Below, piece after piece: positions 20,285 through 30,168 of a stretch of 64,000 nucleotides of DNA. Numbering within the stretch: the first letter of the stretch is position 1; each line of letters begins with the position of its first letter. Where the stretch lies: positions 2,080,001 to 2,144,000 of the forward strand of contig OZ240211.1 in the NCBI GenBank assembly GCA_965197525.1. The letters run 5' to 3'. The notes beneath the pieces were generated by a model that made no database searches, was not told the DNA's origin, and saw only the letters and a list, made by a program, of their open reading frames with translations. The translations under genes were made by a program, and so were the position numbers. Source of the DNA: Nitrosopumilus sp. GTDB taxonomy: Archaea; Thermoproteota; Nitrososphaeria; Nitrososphaerales; Nitrosopumilaceae.

Positions 20285-20416
20285 ATAATAAACAGCAACA
20301 AAATTCCTATTTAATCGTTGAAAAAACTCAGTTGATGTTACATTCTGGTAAAGCAACCAAACACACCGTTTTACAAAGACGCTATTTTTAAGTATGGCAC
20401 AAAACGAGATCAAATC

Positions 20417-21199
20417 ATGGTATCAGGTAATCAGATTAGATTAAACAGAATTCTCAGAAAAGGCAAGATGCTTTGTATCCCAATGGATCACGGAATCTCA
20501 AATGGTCCTATTGAGGGTCTTGCAGACCCATTACCTACAATCTACAAATGTGAAAGACAAGGCCTTACAAGCGTCATCCTTAACAAGGGTATCATCAAGG
20601 CCTTGCCTAAACCCACCAAAGCAGGAATCTTGGTTCATTTCTCTAGTAGTACATCACTATCTCAGTCTCCGAACAGAAAGATGCTAACTGGCACGGTCAG
20701 AGAGGCAGTCGCAATGGGTGCAGATGGCGTGTCTCTGCACATCAATATTGGAGGCAAAGAAGAACCAGAGATGCTAGAACAGTTGGGAATGACTGCAGAT
20801 CAATGCCATAGATGGGGCATGCCTCTGCTGGCAATGATGTACCCCCGAGGTGAGAACATCAAAAATCCTCATGATCCAGATATAGTATCTCATGTTGCAA
20901 GAATTGGGGCAGAATGCGGTGCAGACATTGTAAAGACATTGTACACAGGAGATGTCGACTCTTTTGCAAAGATTGTAAAGAGTACACCTGTTCCAATTGT
21001 TATTGCAGGCGGTCCAAAAGCAGAGACAGACATGGATGTTCTTCAGATGACATACGATGCAATGGCTGCAGGTGCAGCTGGGGTGACATATGGCAGAAAC
21101 ATTTTTGCACACAAAACACCTGAAAAGATGGTGGCTGCACTATCTGATATCATATTTAGAAGATCTACTGCAGAGGATGCGATAAAAAGAATTGACTGA
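20417..21199 (+). CDS. aroA': 2-amino-3,7-dideoxy-D-threo-hept-6-ulosonate synthase (class I aldolase fold)
   Basis: PMDHG, AMMYPRG, GADIVKT and GVTYGRNIF motifs; first gene of the shikimate cluster. Confidence 0.88.
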   Translation: MVSGNQIRLNRILRKGKMLCIPMDHGISNGPIEGLADPLPTIYKCERQGLTSVILNKGIIKALPKPTKAGILVHFSSSTSLSQSPNRKMLTGTVREAVAMGADGVSLHINIGGKEEPEMLEQLGMTADQCHRWGMPLLAMMYPRGENIKNPHDPDIVSHVARIGAECGADIVKTLYTGDVDSFAKIVKSTPVPIVIAGGPKAETDMDVLQMTYDAMAAGAAGVTYGRNIFAHKTPEKMVAALSDIIFRRSTAEDAIKRID

Positions 21200-22250
21200 G
21201 GCAAAAGAGCTAATAATCTTACCAAAGGTATCGCAAACCAATCTGGCCAATTTTCTTGCACAATTAGAACAAGAGGGGATAAATATGGTGTACGTTGATC
21301 CAAAAAAATTAAACAAACACAAGAAGACAAAACTAAAAACACTATCACAATCACCTGCATCTGATTATATCATTTTAGACAAAGGGGTAAAACCACGAGG
21401 TAAAAAAGTAGGACGAACATTCAAGGTATTGTCAAACTCTGACATTGAGGATATTCTGACTGCAGCTAGGAAAGGATTGGACTTTGTCATAGTTGAGGTA
21501 AAGGACTGGAAGATAATCCCGCTTGAGAATATTATTGCCAAACTACACAAAATTCACACCAAAATCTTTGCAATTGCTCGTAATGCAGACGAGGTACGCA
21601 AGATGTTCTCAATACTAGATGTGGGCGTTGACGGCGTGATACTCTCTGCGTCATCAATTAACAAGGTACGAGAAGCCATGCTCCATTTGGGAACTAGACA
21701 CTTTAGGATGCAGACAGCTAAAATTACAGAGATAAAACCTGTAGGTGACGGTGAGCGTGTGTGCGTAGACACTGCATCCATGCTTCACAAAGGTGAGGGC
21801 ATGTTAATTGGAAATCGCTCAAACTTTCTGTTTTTGGTCCACAACGAATCTGTGGGATCATCATTTACGTCCCCAAGACCATTTCGTGTAAATGCAGGGG
21901 CCGTTCATTGTTATACGCTGTCCCCTGACGGAACAACAAGCTATCTCTCAGAGGTTGAGACTGGCACAGAGGTGCTGATTCTCAACTCTCAGGGTGATGC
22001 AAAAAGGGCAACAGTGGGCAGATCAAAGATTGAACGCAGACCCATGCTTATGATAAAAGCCGTTGCAGGTGACGAAGTAGGCGGAATCATAGCACAAGAT
22101 GCTGAGACAATCCGCTTTGTAAAACCAAATGGCAAACTTGTATCAGTTACACATCTTAAAAAAGGTGACACGGTCATGGTGCATGCAAAACCTGCAACAG
22201 GAAGACATTTTGGGATGGAAGTCTCAGACGAATACATACTGGAAAAATGA
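21192..22250 (+). CDS. aroB': 3-dehydroquinate synthase II
   Basis: WKIIPLEN, GERVCVDT and RPFRVNAGAVH motifs. Confidence 0.92.
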   Translation: MTEAKELIILPKVSQTNLANFLAQLEQEGINMVYVDPKKLNKHKKTKLKTLSQSPASDYIILDKGVKPRGKKVGRTFKVLSNSDIEDILTAARKGLDFVIVEVKDWKIIPLENIIAKLHKIHTKIFAIARNADEVRKMFSILDVGVDGVILSASSINKVREAMLHLGTRHFRMQTAKITEIKPVGDGERVCVDTASMLHKGEGMLIGNRSNFLFLVHNESVGSSFTSPRPFRVNAGAVHCYTLSPDGTTSYLSEVETGTEVLILNSQGDAKRATVGRSKIERRPMLMIKAVAGDEVGGIIAQDAETIRFVKPNGKLVSVTHLKKGDTVMVHAKPATGRHFGMEVSDEYILEK

Positions 22251-22918
22251 AATACAAGACGTGTGTATCAATTGCAGAGGACACTCCTGCCAAAACAAAA
22301 AAGCGGTTGTTAGCTGCACTAGACGAGTCAGACTATGCTGAGGTTAGATTTGATTTTCTGTTGCCCAAACAGGTTCCAGATACTTTGTCCCTTATCAAAC
22401 CGCACATGAAACGAGTTGTATGTACGTTACGACCTGATACTGAGGGCGGACGGTTTCCAGGCGATGAGGATGAAAGAATCGCAATCCTTAAACTAGTTGC
22501 CGAATACAACCCGTTCCTTTTGGATGTCGAATACAACACGCTAAAAAAAAATGTTGCACTAGTTAGATACCTCAAAACAACTAAAACCAGACTGCTTGTA
22601 TCATGGCATGACTTTAAGCGAACGCCTGTGTCCTCTGTACTGTACAAGAAGATAAAAGCAATGAGTGTATTCTCATCCTACGTCAAGATAGTCGGTACTG
22701 CTAGAACAATCGATGATTCTACACGTATGCTTGAGCTATACGCTCAAAAAAAAGATATTAAATTGATATCATTTGCGATGGGTGATCTGGGACGAGTATC
22801 CCGAATTCTGTGCCTGTATATGGGCAGTCCATATACGTATGTCTCTTTGGGAAAGGCAGTAGCTCCCGGCCAATTCAGTGTCAGAGAGGTTAGAAGAATA
22901 CTAAATCTGAAAAAATAG
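22247..22918 (+). CDS. aroD: Type I 3-dehydroquinate dehydratase
   Basis: AEVRFD, TLRPDTEGG, SWHDF, FAMG and APGQ motifs. Confidence 0.9.
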   Translation: MKYKTCVSIAEDTPAKTKKRLLAALDESDYAEVRFDFLLPKQVPDTLSLIKPHMKRVVCTLRPDTEGGRFPGDEDERIAILKLVAEYNPFLLDVEYNTLKKNVALVRYLKTTKTRLLVSWHDFKRTPVSSVLYKKIKAMSVFSSYVKIVGTARTIDDSTRMLELYAQKKDIKLISFAMGDLGRVSRILCLYMGSPYTYVSLGKAVAPGQFSVREVRRILNLKK

Positions 22919-22962
22919 CGTAAATTGAGAGTTTAAATCAATGGTAACATTTTGAAAATAAT

Positions 22963-23796
22963 ATGAAGAGATCCTTTGCAGTAATTGGCGATCCAATCGA
23001 TCACTCACTGTCACCGCATATCCATAGCGCAGCATTCAGAGAGCTGGGAATTGACTCGTCTTACATTGGATATAGAATTCCAAAAGGCGAGTTGGCAGAA
23101 GGGGTTGAAGGTCTCAAAAAAATAAAGATTGACGGATTTAATGTTACGATACCGCACAAAGTGGAGATGATGAAATATCTTGATACGATGGATCAAACAT
23201 GCAGTCTGATTGGAGCAGTAAACACGGTTACAAACACAGATGGTACTCTAAAGGGATACAACACTGACATGGATGGGTTCCTAGAACCGCTCAAACACAG
23301 AGACCTAGTTATTGCAGATGCCAAGGTTCTTCTCATCGGCGCAGGCGGTGCTGCGCGTGCAATAGTTGCAGGATTTGCAAAAGAAAAGGCATCCCGTATC
23401 ACGATTGCCAATAGGACACTATCTCATGCAGACAGTCTGGCCCAATTTGCAAAAACCATACATCTTGATGCTCTCACAACAGAAATCAATGACGCAGGTG
23501 ACCTGGGAAACTACGATATTGTAGTTAATGCCACATCAGTCGGTCTTCACGATGAACAAAGCGTTATACCCATGAGTAGCAGCAGCATCACTGCCAAAAC
23601 TATCGTTTATGATATAGTATACATGCCAATTAACACTGATTTTATCAAAAAAGCAAAACAATCCGGGGCAACTGTCATTTATGGCTATGAGATGTTATTG
23701 AATCAGGCAGTCAGAGCATTTGATATTTGGCATGGGGACACCGGTATGAAAGCACCATATAAGGCTATGAAGCGAGCATTACTAGGAGGGTTTTGA
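22963..23796 (+). CDS. aroE: Shikimate dehydrogenase
   Basis: HSLSP, GFNVTIPHK, GAVNT, NTD, GAGGAARA and VNATSVG motifs. Confidence 0.95.
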   Translation: MKRSFAVIGDPIDHSLSPHIHSAAFRELGIDSSYIGYRIPKGELAEGVEGLKKIKIDGFNVTIPHKVEMMKYLDTMDQTCSLIGAVNTVTNTDGTLKGYNTDMDGFLEPLKHRDLVIADAKVLLIGAGGAARAIVAGFAKEKASRITIANRTLSHADSLAQFAKTIHLDALTTEINDAGDLGNYDIVVNATSVGLHDEQSVIPMSSSSITAKTIVYDIVYMPINTDFIKKAKQSGATVIYGYEMLLNQAVRAFDIWHGDTGMKAPYKAMKRALLGGF

Positions 23797-23800
23797 TGAT

Positions 23801-24652
23801 ATGAAGGTTACAGCTACTGTTCATGGGGCAATATCGATAGTAAATGCGATTGCCAACTACAAGGGCGCAACCATGGGAATAGCGCTAGAGGTCAAGGCAA
23901 CAGTTGAGACCAGTCCTGGTAAGGGGATATTAATCCGGTCCAAAAACAAGAGCCTGAGCTCTCGCCTGATTGTAAATACTATCAAACAGCTAGTACCTCA
24001 AAGAGATTTAGAACAAAACAAGATCACAGTCACACTTGATTCTCAAATTCCTACAGGATATGGCCTGAAAAGTTCCAGTGCAATATCGTCTGCAGTTGCA
24101 TTGGCATGTGCCAAGATATTCAAGCCCAAGTTAACTGATCAGCAGATAATACTGGCAGGAGTTGATGCGTCAATAGAGTCAAAAGTGAGCATAACCGGTG
24201 CCTACGATGACGCATGTTCCTGTTACTATGGAGGATTTAATGTTACTGACAATGCAAAAAAGAGACGTATTCACTCTGAGAACATATCTGAAGATCTTGT
24301 TGCCGTTATATTTGTCCCAAAAAATCGAAGACGAGGCAATCTAAAGAAACTCAAAATCCTGTCATCTGTGTTTTCTCATGCATGGGATCTTGCAAAAAAT
24401 AAGGATTACTGGAATGCCATGAACATCAACGGATTGGCAACTGCTACCTTGCTAAATTCCGATCCCAAGGTAGTCTCTGAGTTAGTCGCAAAAGGGGCCA
24501 TAGGGGCATCAATCTCAGGCAACGGTCCGTCAATTGCTGCTGTCACTAAAAGAGGTAACGAGGCTGCCATCAAGAGAGTTTTCTCTGCATTACCTGGCGA
24601 TATAATTACTTCGAATATTAACAATGTAAAGGCGCAAGTTCATGAAATGTAA
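23801..24652 (+). CDS. aroK: Archaeal (GHMP-type) shikimate kinase
   Basis: IPTGYGLKSSSA, SITGAYDDA and SGNGPS motifs. Confidence 0.93.
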   Translation: MKVTATVHGAISIVNAIANYKGATMGIALEVKATVETSPGKGILIRSKNKSLSSRLIVNTIKQLVPQRDLEQNKITVTLDSQIPTGYGLKSSSAISSAVALACAKIFKPKLTDQQIILAGVDASIESKVSITGAYDDACSCYYGGFNVTDNAKKRRIHSENISEDLVAVIFVPKNRRRGNLKKLKILSSVFSHAWDLAKNKDYWNAMNINGLATATLLNSDPKVVSELVAKGAIGASISGNGPSIAAVTKRGNEAAIKRVFSALPGDIITSNINNVKAQVHEM

Positions 24653-25928
24653 AATAGATAAATCCATAATCTCTGGAGGTATTACATGTCCTCCAAATAA
24701 GAGCTATACACATAGAGCAATCTTTTTGGCATCACTTACACATGGACACAGTACGGTATCTAACGTATTGTATTCTGCAGATACTATGGCTACCATTAAT
24801 GCATGTAAAAAACTTGGTGCGGATATTGACATTGATGGTTCAATGGTACGAATTGCTAATCCTATAGATGTAAACGTGTTAAATGATATAGTTGAAATTG
24901 ATGCTGAAAATTCGGGAACTACAATCAGGATTGCTTCAAGTATTGCCAGTCTGTTCTCAAACGAGATTATATTGACTGGTGATGAGAGTCTTCAAAAAAG
25001 ACCGATGCAGCCGCTTTTGGATGCCTTATCTGAGATGGGTGCACAATGCAGTTCAACTGATGGCGGAAGACCTCCAATCAAAATCAAGGGCAGAATTACT
25101 GGCGGCGACGTGAGTATCTCAGGTGATCTATCCAGTCAGTTCATCTCCGCGTTGTTTATCTGCGCCCCGCTAACTGATCGTGGAATCAACATTGCCATAA
25201 AGGGGAATTTGGTATCAAAACCGTACCTTGATGCAACAATTGCCACAATGAGAAAATTCAAGGTGGCAGTAGACACGCTGATTCCGTACAAGCGGTACAA
25301 TATATCCCCTCAAATATACCAAGAGACTGTATTTACTGTTCCAATCGATTCATCTAGTCTTGCCCTCTTACTTGCAGCTGCTGTTCTAGTAGGCAGGGAC
25401 GTCACGATAAAGGGTGATGTTGGCGACCTGCCGCAAGGTGATGAGGTTTTTATTGATATTTTAGAAGAGCTTGGTGTGACAATTGTTATTCAGGATGACC
25501 AAATCAGAGTACGAACGCCTGATCTGCTGAAAGGCGGAAGGTTTGATCTGAATAACTCGCCTGACTTGTTGCCTCCTCTGGCAATAATGGCACTGAATGC
25601 TAGTGAACCGATTCAGATATTCAATGTAAGACACGCAAGAGTAAAGGAGACAGACAGAATTGCAGTACTGGCGCAAGAGCTTGTCAAACTTGGACTGTCA
25701 ATTAAAGAGAATGATGATGGGCTGACTATCAATGCGGCACCTGATATATTATTATTACAAGGTGCCAATCTTGATGCCAAAGGGGATCATAGATTGTTTA
25801 TGGCGTTTTGTATTGCAGGTATGTATGTAGGTGATACTGTTGTCACTGATCCAGAATCAGTCAAAGTATCCTATCCTGATTTTATTGAAGATATGAATGG
25901 TCTTGGTGCAAATATGAAGATCTTTTAA
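24642..25928 (+). CDS. aroA: EPSP synthase (3-phosphoshikimate 1-carboxyvinyltransferase)
   Basis: KSYTHRA, NSGTTIR, SSQFISAL, RVKETDRI and DHRLFMA motifs. Confidence 0.95.
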   Translation: MKCKIDKSIISGGITCPPNKSYTHRAIFLASLTHGHSTVSNVLYSADTMATINACKKLGADIDIDGSMVRIANPIDVNVLNDIVEIDAENSGTTIRIASSIASLFSNEIILTGDESLQKRPMQPLLDALSEMGAQCSSTDGGRPPIKIKGRITGGDVSISGDLSSQFISALFICAPLTDRGINIAIKGNLVSKPYLDATIATMRKFKVAVDTLIPYKRYNISPQIYQETVFTVPIDSSSLALLLAAAVLVGRDVTIKGDVGDLPQGDEVFIDILEELGVTIVIQDDQIRVRTPDLLKGGRFDLNNSPDLLPPLAIMALNASEPIQIFNVRHARVKETDRIAVLAQELVKLGLSIKENDDGLTINAAPDILLLQGANLDAKGDHRLFMAFCIAGMYVGDTVVTDPESVKVSYPDFIEDMNGLGANMKIF

Positions 25929-26020
25929 TTCTAGTTTAATGACGCATTTTTGCTATCTTCTATTCTCCCACTCCTGCACATACACAATCTATAAAACACC
26001 TATACCCGCTTATTTTCTAG

Positions 26021-26857
26021 TTGAGAGTTAAAAACATGTCGTCAACATCTGCCATGGTAACACTACTTGCCGGAGATGAAATTCATACAAGTAGCATTGT
26101 AAAAAAATTCCTTGATATGTTGGACTTGGAACCAGGACGACCATTTGTTGAAGAATGCCTCAGATTTTGGCCTCATTACGATCATCTGGTAAAAAACAGA
26201 AAATCATGCATACTGAACCTGGCCTGCAATGCGATTGCAAATGGCCAAATCTGCCAAGTAATCGTCCCTGGTGCAGGATTTGACACACTCTCAATAGAGA
26301 TACACACACGTCACACTAACTGTAAGATATTTGAAATTGATGTCGCAAACATGGATACAAAAACCGAGATGTTACAGCATATCAATCCATCAATATCAGA
26401 TTCCATCCGATGTATCACTTGTGACCTATCCGATCCCAAAGCTGTTAGGACAAATCTGATAGAGCATGGCTGGGATCCTGCCAGACCATCGCTTATGATT
26501 CTTGAGGGCATATCTTACTATCTCTCTGCAGAAACACTCTGGAAGACGATTGACATGCTGCAGAGCAAATCTCAAACGAGTAGAGTAATCATGGAATACC
26601 TTATTCCGTACGATATGATCCCAGATACCATGCGTCCAATAGCACGGTATCCGTTTGACCGGATTGAAAACGATGCCGATCTTGACTATATCACCAAATA
26701 CAATATATCTGATATTACCACACGCGCAAAACGCATTGGCGGTAGAATTTTGTATCACTATAACATGGAACGAATGCAAAAAGACAGGATGCCTGGCAGC
26801 ACACTGTTTTGCCCTCCCAATACGGGGTGGATTGAAGTATGCATGTTCTCTGTCTGA
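26021..26857 (+). CDS. Class I SAM-dependent methyltransferase (leucine carboxyl methyltransferase-like)
   Basis: QVIVPGAGFDT, FEID, CDL and ILEGISYYL motifs; start may be 26037 or later. Confidence 0.8.
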   Translation: MRVKNMSSTSAMVTLLAGDEIHTSSIVKKFLDMLDLEPGRPFVEECLRFWPHYDHLVKNRKSCILNLACNAIANGQICQVIVPGAGFDTLSIEIHTRHTNCKIFEIDVANMDTKTEMLQHINPSISDSIRCITCDLSDPKAVRTNLIEHGWDPARPSLMILEGISYYLSAETLWKTIDMLQSKSQTSRVIMEYLIPYDMIPDTMRPIARYPFDRIENDADLDYITKYNISDITTRAKRIGGRILYHYNMERMQKDRMPGSTLFCPPNTGWIEVCMFSV

Positions 26858-27106
26858 GTTTTGCTTGCGTTCTTTTGTAGCAACTAGGTATGTGTCAGTC
26901 AGTATATTTTTGCCCTGCATATGCCGCTGGTATATTAGATTTCATGCGCATTCCATTTGATTTGTACTGATAGATTTAGATCATACACAATCATCCTTGA
27001 CTGGCGCAAAAATACATCGATTACATGAGATTGCTTCATTCATGGTCAGGTGTGGGAGTAATCTCATACAAGAGGATGAGTACACTATTCAGAGTGTAAA
27101 ATCGTA

Positions 27107-27886
27107 TTATTTCATTGCAGCAGCAACAATTTCTAAAACTTTTTTTGAAACTTCATCAAATGGCGGTGGCGCATCAGGTAGAAGTGGTCTTAAATCAGTA
27201 ATCCAATCATTTGCTTTCTCAGGCAGTCTTTCTTTGAGTTTATTGATGTCAAAATCCTCTTTGTAAACAGATTTTATTTTTAACCTAACCATATTAGGAT
27301 TAATTTTTACACCTTGCTGATACAGATATTGGATATCATATAGATGCCTTGGATGTTTTGTGTATGTGATAGCCCTAATTTTTTCAGCCATTATCTCTTC
27401 AAGAGGCATTACAGGCACGGAAAATACGTTTGAGAAGGTCTCATAGAAATGCAATATGGGTTTGGCGGAATGGTTCATCAAAACGTCTTTACGCAGGCTC
27501 AAATCGACCTTGATGCTTGTTCTAGCACCGGTGGATTGATTATACTTTACTTTGAATTTGACACTCTCATTCTTCTTTTCCAAATCTGTTATTTCTGTAA
27601 ACGCTACATCAAGATCTTTCATATTATCTTTTACAAAATCTAGAAAGTCATCTGAAATATCCTTAAAACAAACAAAATCAAGGTCTTCAGAAAACCGAAA
27701 ATTTTCAAAATATATTTTCTTTAATGCTGTGCCACCTTTGAAAAGCATTTTATCTAATTTTGGAAAATTAGCAATTACTGACAACAAGTTTGTTAATGCA
27801 TAATCTTTTTCCAATGTTCCGAGTGGTATCTGATACTTGCCTGCTAGTTTTCGGAGTAATTTCTCATCCATTAATAATCCATCCAA
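27107..27886 (-). CDS. AbiEii-family nucleotidyltransferase toxin (module 1)
   Basis: LEKDY, FKGGTAL, RFSEDLDF, IMAEKIRA and RHLYDI motifs; probable start at MDEK (27871). Confidence 0.9.
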   Translation of the reverse strand: MDGLLMDEKLLRKLAGKYQIPLGTLEKDYALTNLLSVIANFPKLDKMLFKGGTALKKIYFENFRFSEDLDFVCFKDISDDFLDFVKDNMKDLDVAFTEITDLEKKNESVKFKVKYNQSTGARTSIKVDLSLRKDVLMNHSAKPILHFYETFSNVFSVPVMPLEEIMAEKIRAITYTKHPRHLYDIQYLYQQGVKINPNMVRLKIKSVYKEDFDINKLKERLPEKANDWITDLRPLLPDAPPPFDEVSKKVLEIVAAAMK

Positions 27887-28686
27887 CTAAGCAATTCATC
27901 TTTTGTTCTGTTAATTATTAATCCATATTCTTTTGAATTTCCGATTTTATCTTTGCTTGTAGTAGGATCAAGATAATGATATGGATTTTTTTTTATTTTT
28001 TCTTTAGTTTTTTCTGAAATTTTTTCTTCAATGTCAAGAACAGAAAGCAAATAACCTAATCGTTTTAGAACTATATTAATCTCCACCTTCACTGACATTT
28101 CTAAAACTGAATTCCAGTCTAATTCTTTTCGTGCATTCCACATTGCTTTAGTTACCTCTATAATCCCTCCACAGTATTCAGGATGCATCAAGCCATCCAC
28201 AATTGTTTTTTCTATGGAAGAAATATTGAAAGATTCTTTTTTACTTGCTTTCTGTTCAATAAAACCAAAGAATTTTTTCTTTGATAGTGTTACAAATTCA
28301 AATCTTTGGTTTCCAAATTTTAGATTTCGTTTTCTTTTGGTTGTTACAACAAATACAGTATAGGGTATCTGTTCGGTCATATCCCAAAAATTCATCGCAG
28401 TCCAGAATCCAACATAATAAACATCAATTAGATGAGGAACTATTACCCAAGGGGATTCAGCCCAATGTAGTTCTTGACCTGCTCTTTCTGGAATTAACAG
28501 ATATTTGCCTCTCTCTATTCGCTGTAATCGTCTTTTCTTGGTCAGATTCATCAGAACGTGTCTTGTTGTAGAGTTGTTAGCCTGTAGAATTTTCTTGGCA
28601 TCCTCAAAACTAAACACACTAGTATCCTTTTCTGCTAATGCTAAGAGAAGCCTATTTTGAAGCCCAATGATTATATTTTGTGTCAC
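27871..28686 (-). CDS. AbiEi-family antitoxin/transcriptional regulator (module 1)
   Basis: N-terminal wHTH (LQRIERGKYLL), YYVGFWTAMNFW, SSIEKTIVDGL, LKRLGYLL; directly upstream of AbiEii. Confidence 0.88.
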   Translation of the reverse strand: MTQNIIIGLQNRLLLALAEKDTSVFSFEDAKKILQANNSTTRHVLMNLTKKRRLQRIERGKYLLIPERAGQELHWAESPWVIVPHLIDVYYVGFWTAMNFWDMTEQIPYTVFVVTTKRKRNLKFGNQRFEFVTLSKKKFFGFIEQKASKKESFNISSIEKTIVDGLMHPEYCGGIIEVTKAMWNARKELDWNSVLEMSVKVEINIVLKRLGYLLSVLDIEEKISEKTKEKIKKNPYHYLDPTTSKDKIGNSKEYGLIINRTKDELLSWMDY

Positions 28687-28783
28687 AGTAATTCACCTAT
28701 AATCAATTATTGTTACATAAAATATATAAAGATTATATTTTGTGTCACAGTAATTCATCTATAATCAATTATTGTTACATAAA
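28669..28783. repeat. 2 x 53-bp direct repeat (62-bp period) overlapping the abiEi-1 start
   Basis: GATTATATTTTGTGTCACAGTAATTCA(C/T)CTATAATCAATTATTGTTACATAAA at 28669-28721 and 28731-28783; one mismatch. Confidence 0.95.
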
Positions 28784-28877
28784 GTATAGGTCAGTATAGG
28801 GCAGGCATGCCCCCTCTCCATATAGGTCATGATCATCGTCAATAAGTAAATCCAAGATCAAAATCTACTCCTAAACC

Positions 28878-29235
28878 GGTTCTGTGAAGTTATCGGGGGT
28901 TACCTCCATAACTCGACTTTGACATATCGACTATTCGGATTACCGACGGTGTACTGGGTTCCGACATTGCCAGACTTCGTTTCATATATGTCACCTCTAC
29001 TATCCCTAAACCTAGGGGACAGCTTGCGTGATATGTTCATGGCAGTTATTATATCTCTGTCCATGCATAATCCGTAATTAGTACACGACATTTTACGATG
29101 TTTTTGCATGTCCTCTTGGAGTTTCTTTCCGCATCTTGGACATTGCGTGCTCGTGTTATTCAATAATTATGTTATAATTCAATGATGTTTATTTGTATTT
29201 TAGGCCTCTATAGCACCCGATAACTTCACAGAACC
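28878..29235 (-). mobile_element. tnpB: IS200/IS605 TnpB 3'-end relic bounded by a 20-bp perfect inverted repeat
   Basis: ORF 28900-29163 reads NTSTQCPRCGK...CTNYGLCMDRDIITAMNI (TnpB Zn-ribbon and DRDxxAAxNI motif, degenerate); GGTTCTGTGAAGTTATCGGG at 28878-28897 and its reverse complement at 29216-29235. Confidence 0.75.
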
Positions 29236-29240
29236 CAAAA

Positions 29241-29462
29241 TTGTTATCACATACAATGCTTGAGGACTCGTCTATAATTGTCAATATGGGCTGCTGTATT
29301 GACAAAGAGGCATGTCCCACGCTATCTTCTCCAGATATTTCCATGATTAACTGGAATATACCTGATCCTAAAGACCGATCATATAATGACATCAGAAATA
29401 TACGTGATCAGATAAAAGAAGACATAATCAAATTGATCACATCATTAGAGGCAAACAGATGA
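29241..29462 (+). pseudogene. arsC: Arsenate reductase / LMW-PTP (ArsC) C-terminal half only
   Basis: PKLL...IVNMGC..ACP...WNIPDPK..IRNIRDQI is present; the catalytic CX5R N-terminus is absent and an in-frame stop lies upstream. Confidence 0.75.
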
Positions 29463-30142
29463 AACAGTACGCTAACTGGCAAATTTTTGCAGTCGAACTA
29501 GTCGGAACCTTTTTGCTTGTAGTCTTTGCTACTGGTTCGATAGTTTATGACGCTAAAACATTTGATGGCAGCCTTGGAATCCCATTTGAAGCCCTTGCTC
29601 CATTTATTGCACTGTTAATTGGTGTTTATGCATTTGGGGGTATCTCTCTTGCACATTTTAACCCTGCAGTCACCATAGGATATTACATCACAGGACACAT
29701 TACAAAAATTCAAGTGATATACTATTTTGCAGCAGAGTTCATCGGTGCATTTCTAGGCTCTTTGTTTGTTATGTCCTTTGTAGGTCAAGACGCCAATCTT
29801 GGTGCCAATGCTCCCAACCTTGACTTTTCAATATTTGCGATCTTTCCAGTCGAGGTCCTTGCATCCTTTATGTTGATGGCCGTGATATTTTACGTAGTAT
29901 ATACAAAAGGTCTGAGAGGGTTTAGCGGTGTTGCCATTGGAGGTATAGTCGGACTGAATATCTTGTTTTTAGCTACTGTCTCTGGTGCATCTATGAATCC
30001 CGCTCGTGCATTGGCCCCTGCTTTGTTGTCTGGAACATTTGAATATCTTTGGTTATACTTGACTGCGCCATTAGTTGGTACCATCATTGCTGCATTTTTA
30101 TTCAAAAAACGATTTCAGATTCAGAGAGACACAAATTACTAA
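29459..30142 (+). CDS. MIP/aquaporin family channel
   Basis: AHFNPAVT and SMNPARA NPA motifs; about six TM segments. Confidence 0.93.
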   Translation: MKQYANWQIFAVELVGTFLLVVFATGSIVYDAKTFDGSLGIPFEALAPFIALLIGVYAFGGISLAHFNPAVTIGYYITGHITKIQVIYYFAAEFIGAFLGSLFVMSFVGQDANLGANAPNLDFSIFAIFPVEVLASFMLMAVIFYVVYTKGLRGFSGVAIGGIVGLNILFLATVSGASMNPARALAPALLSGTFEYLWLYLTAPLVGTIIAAFLFKKRFQIQRDTNY

Positions 30143-30168
30143 TAATCATGACAACTCCCACTATCTAG

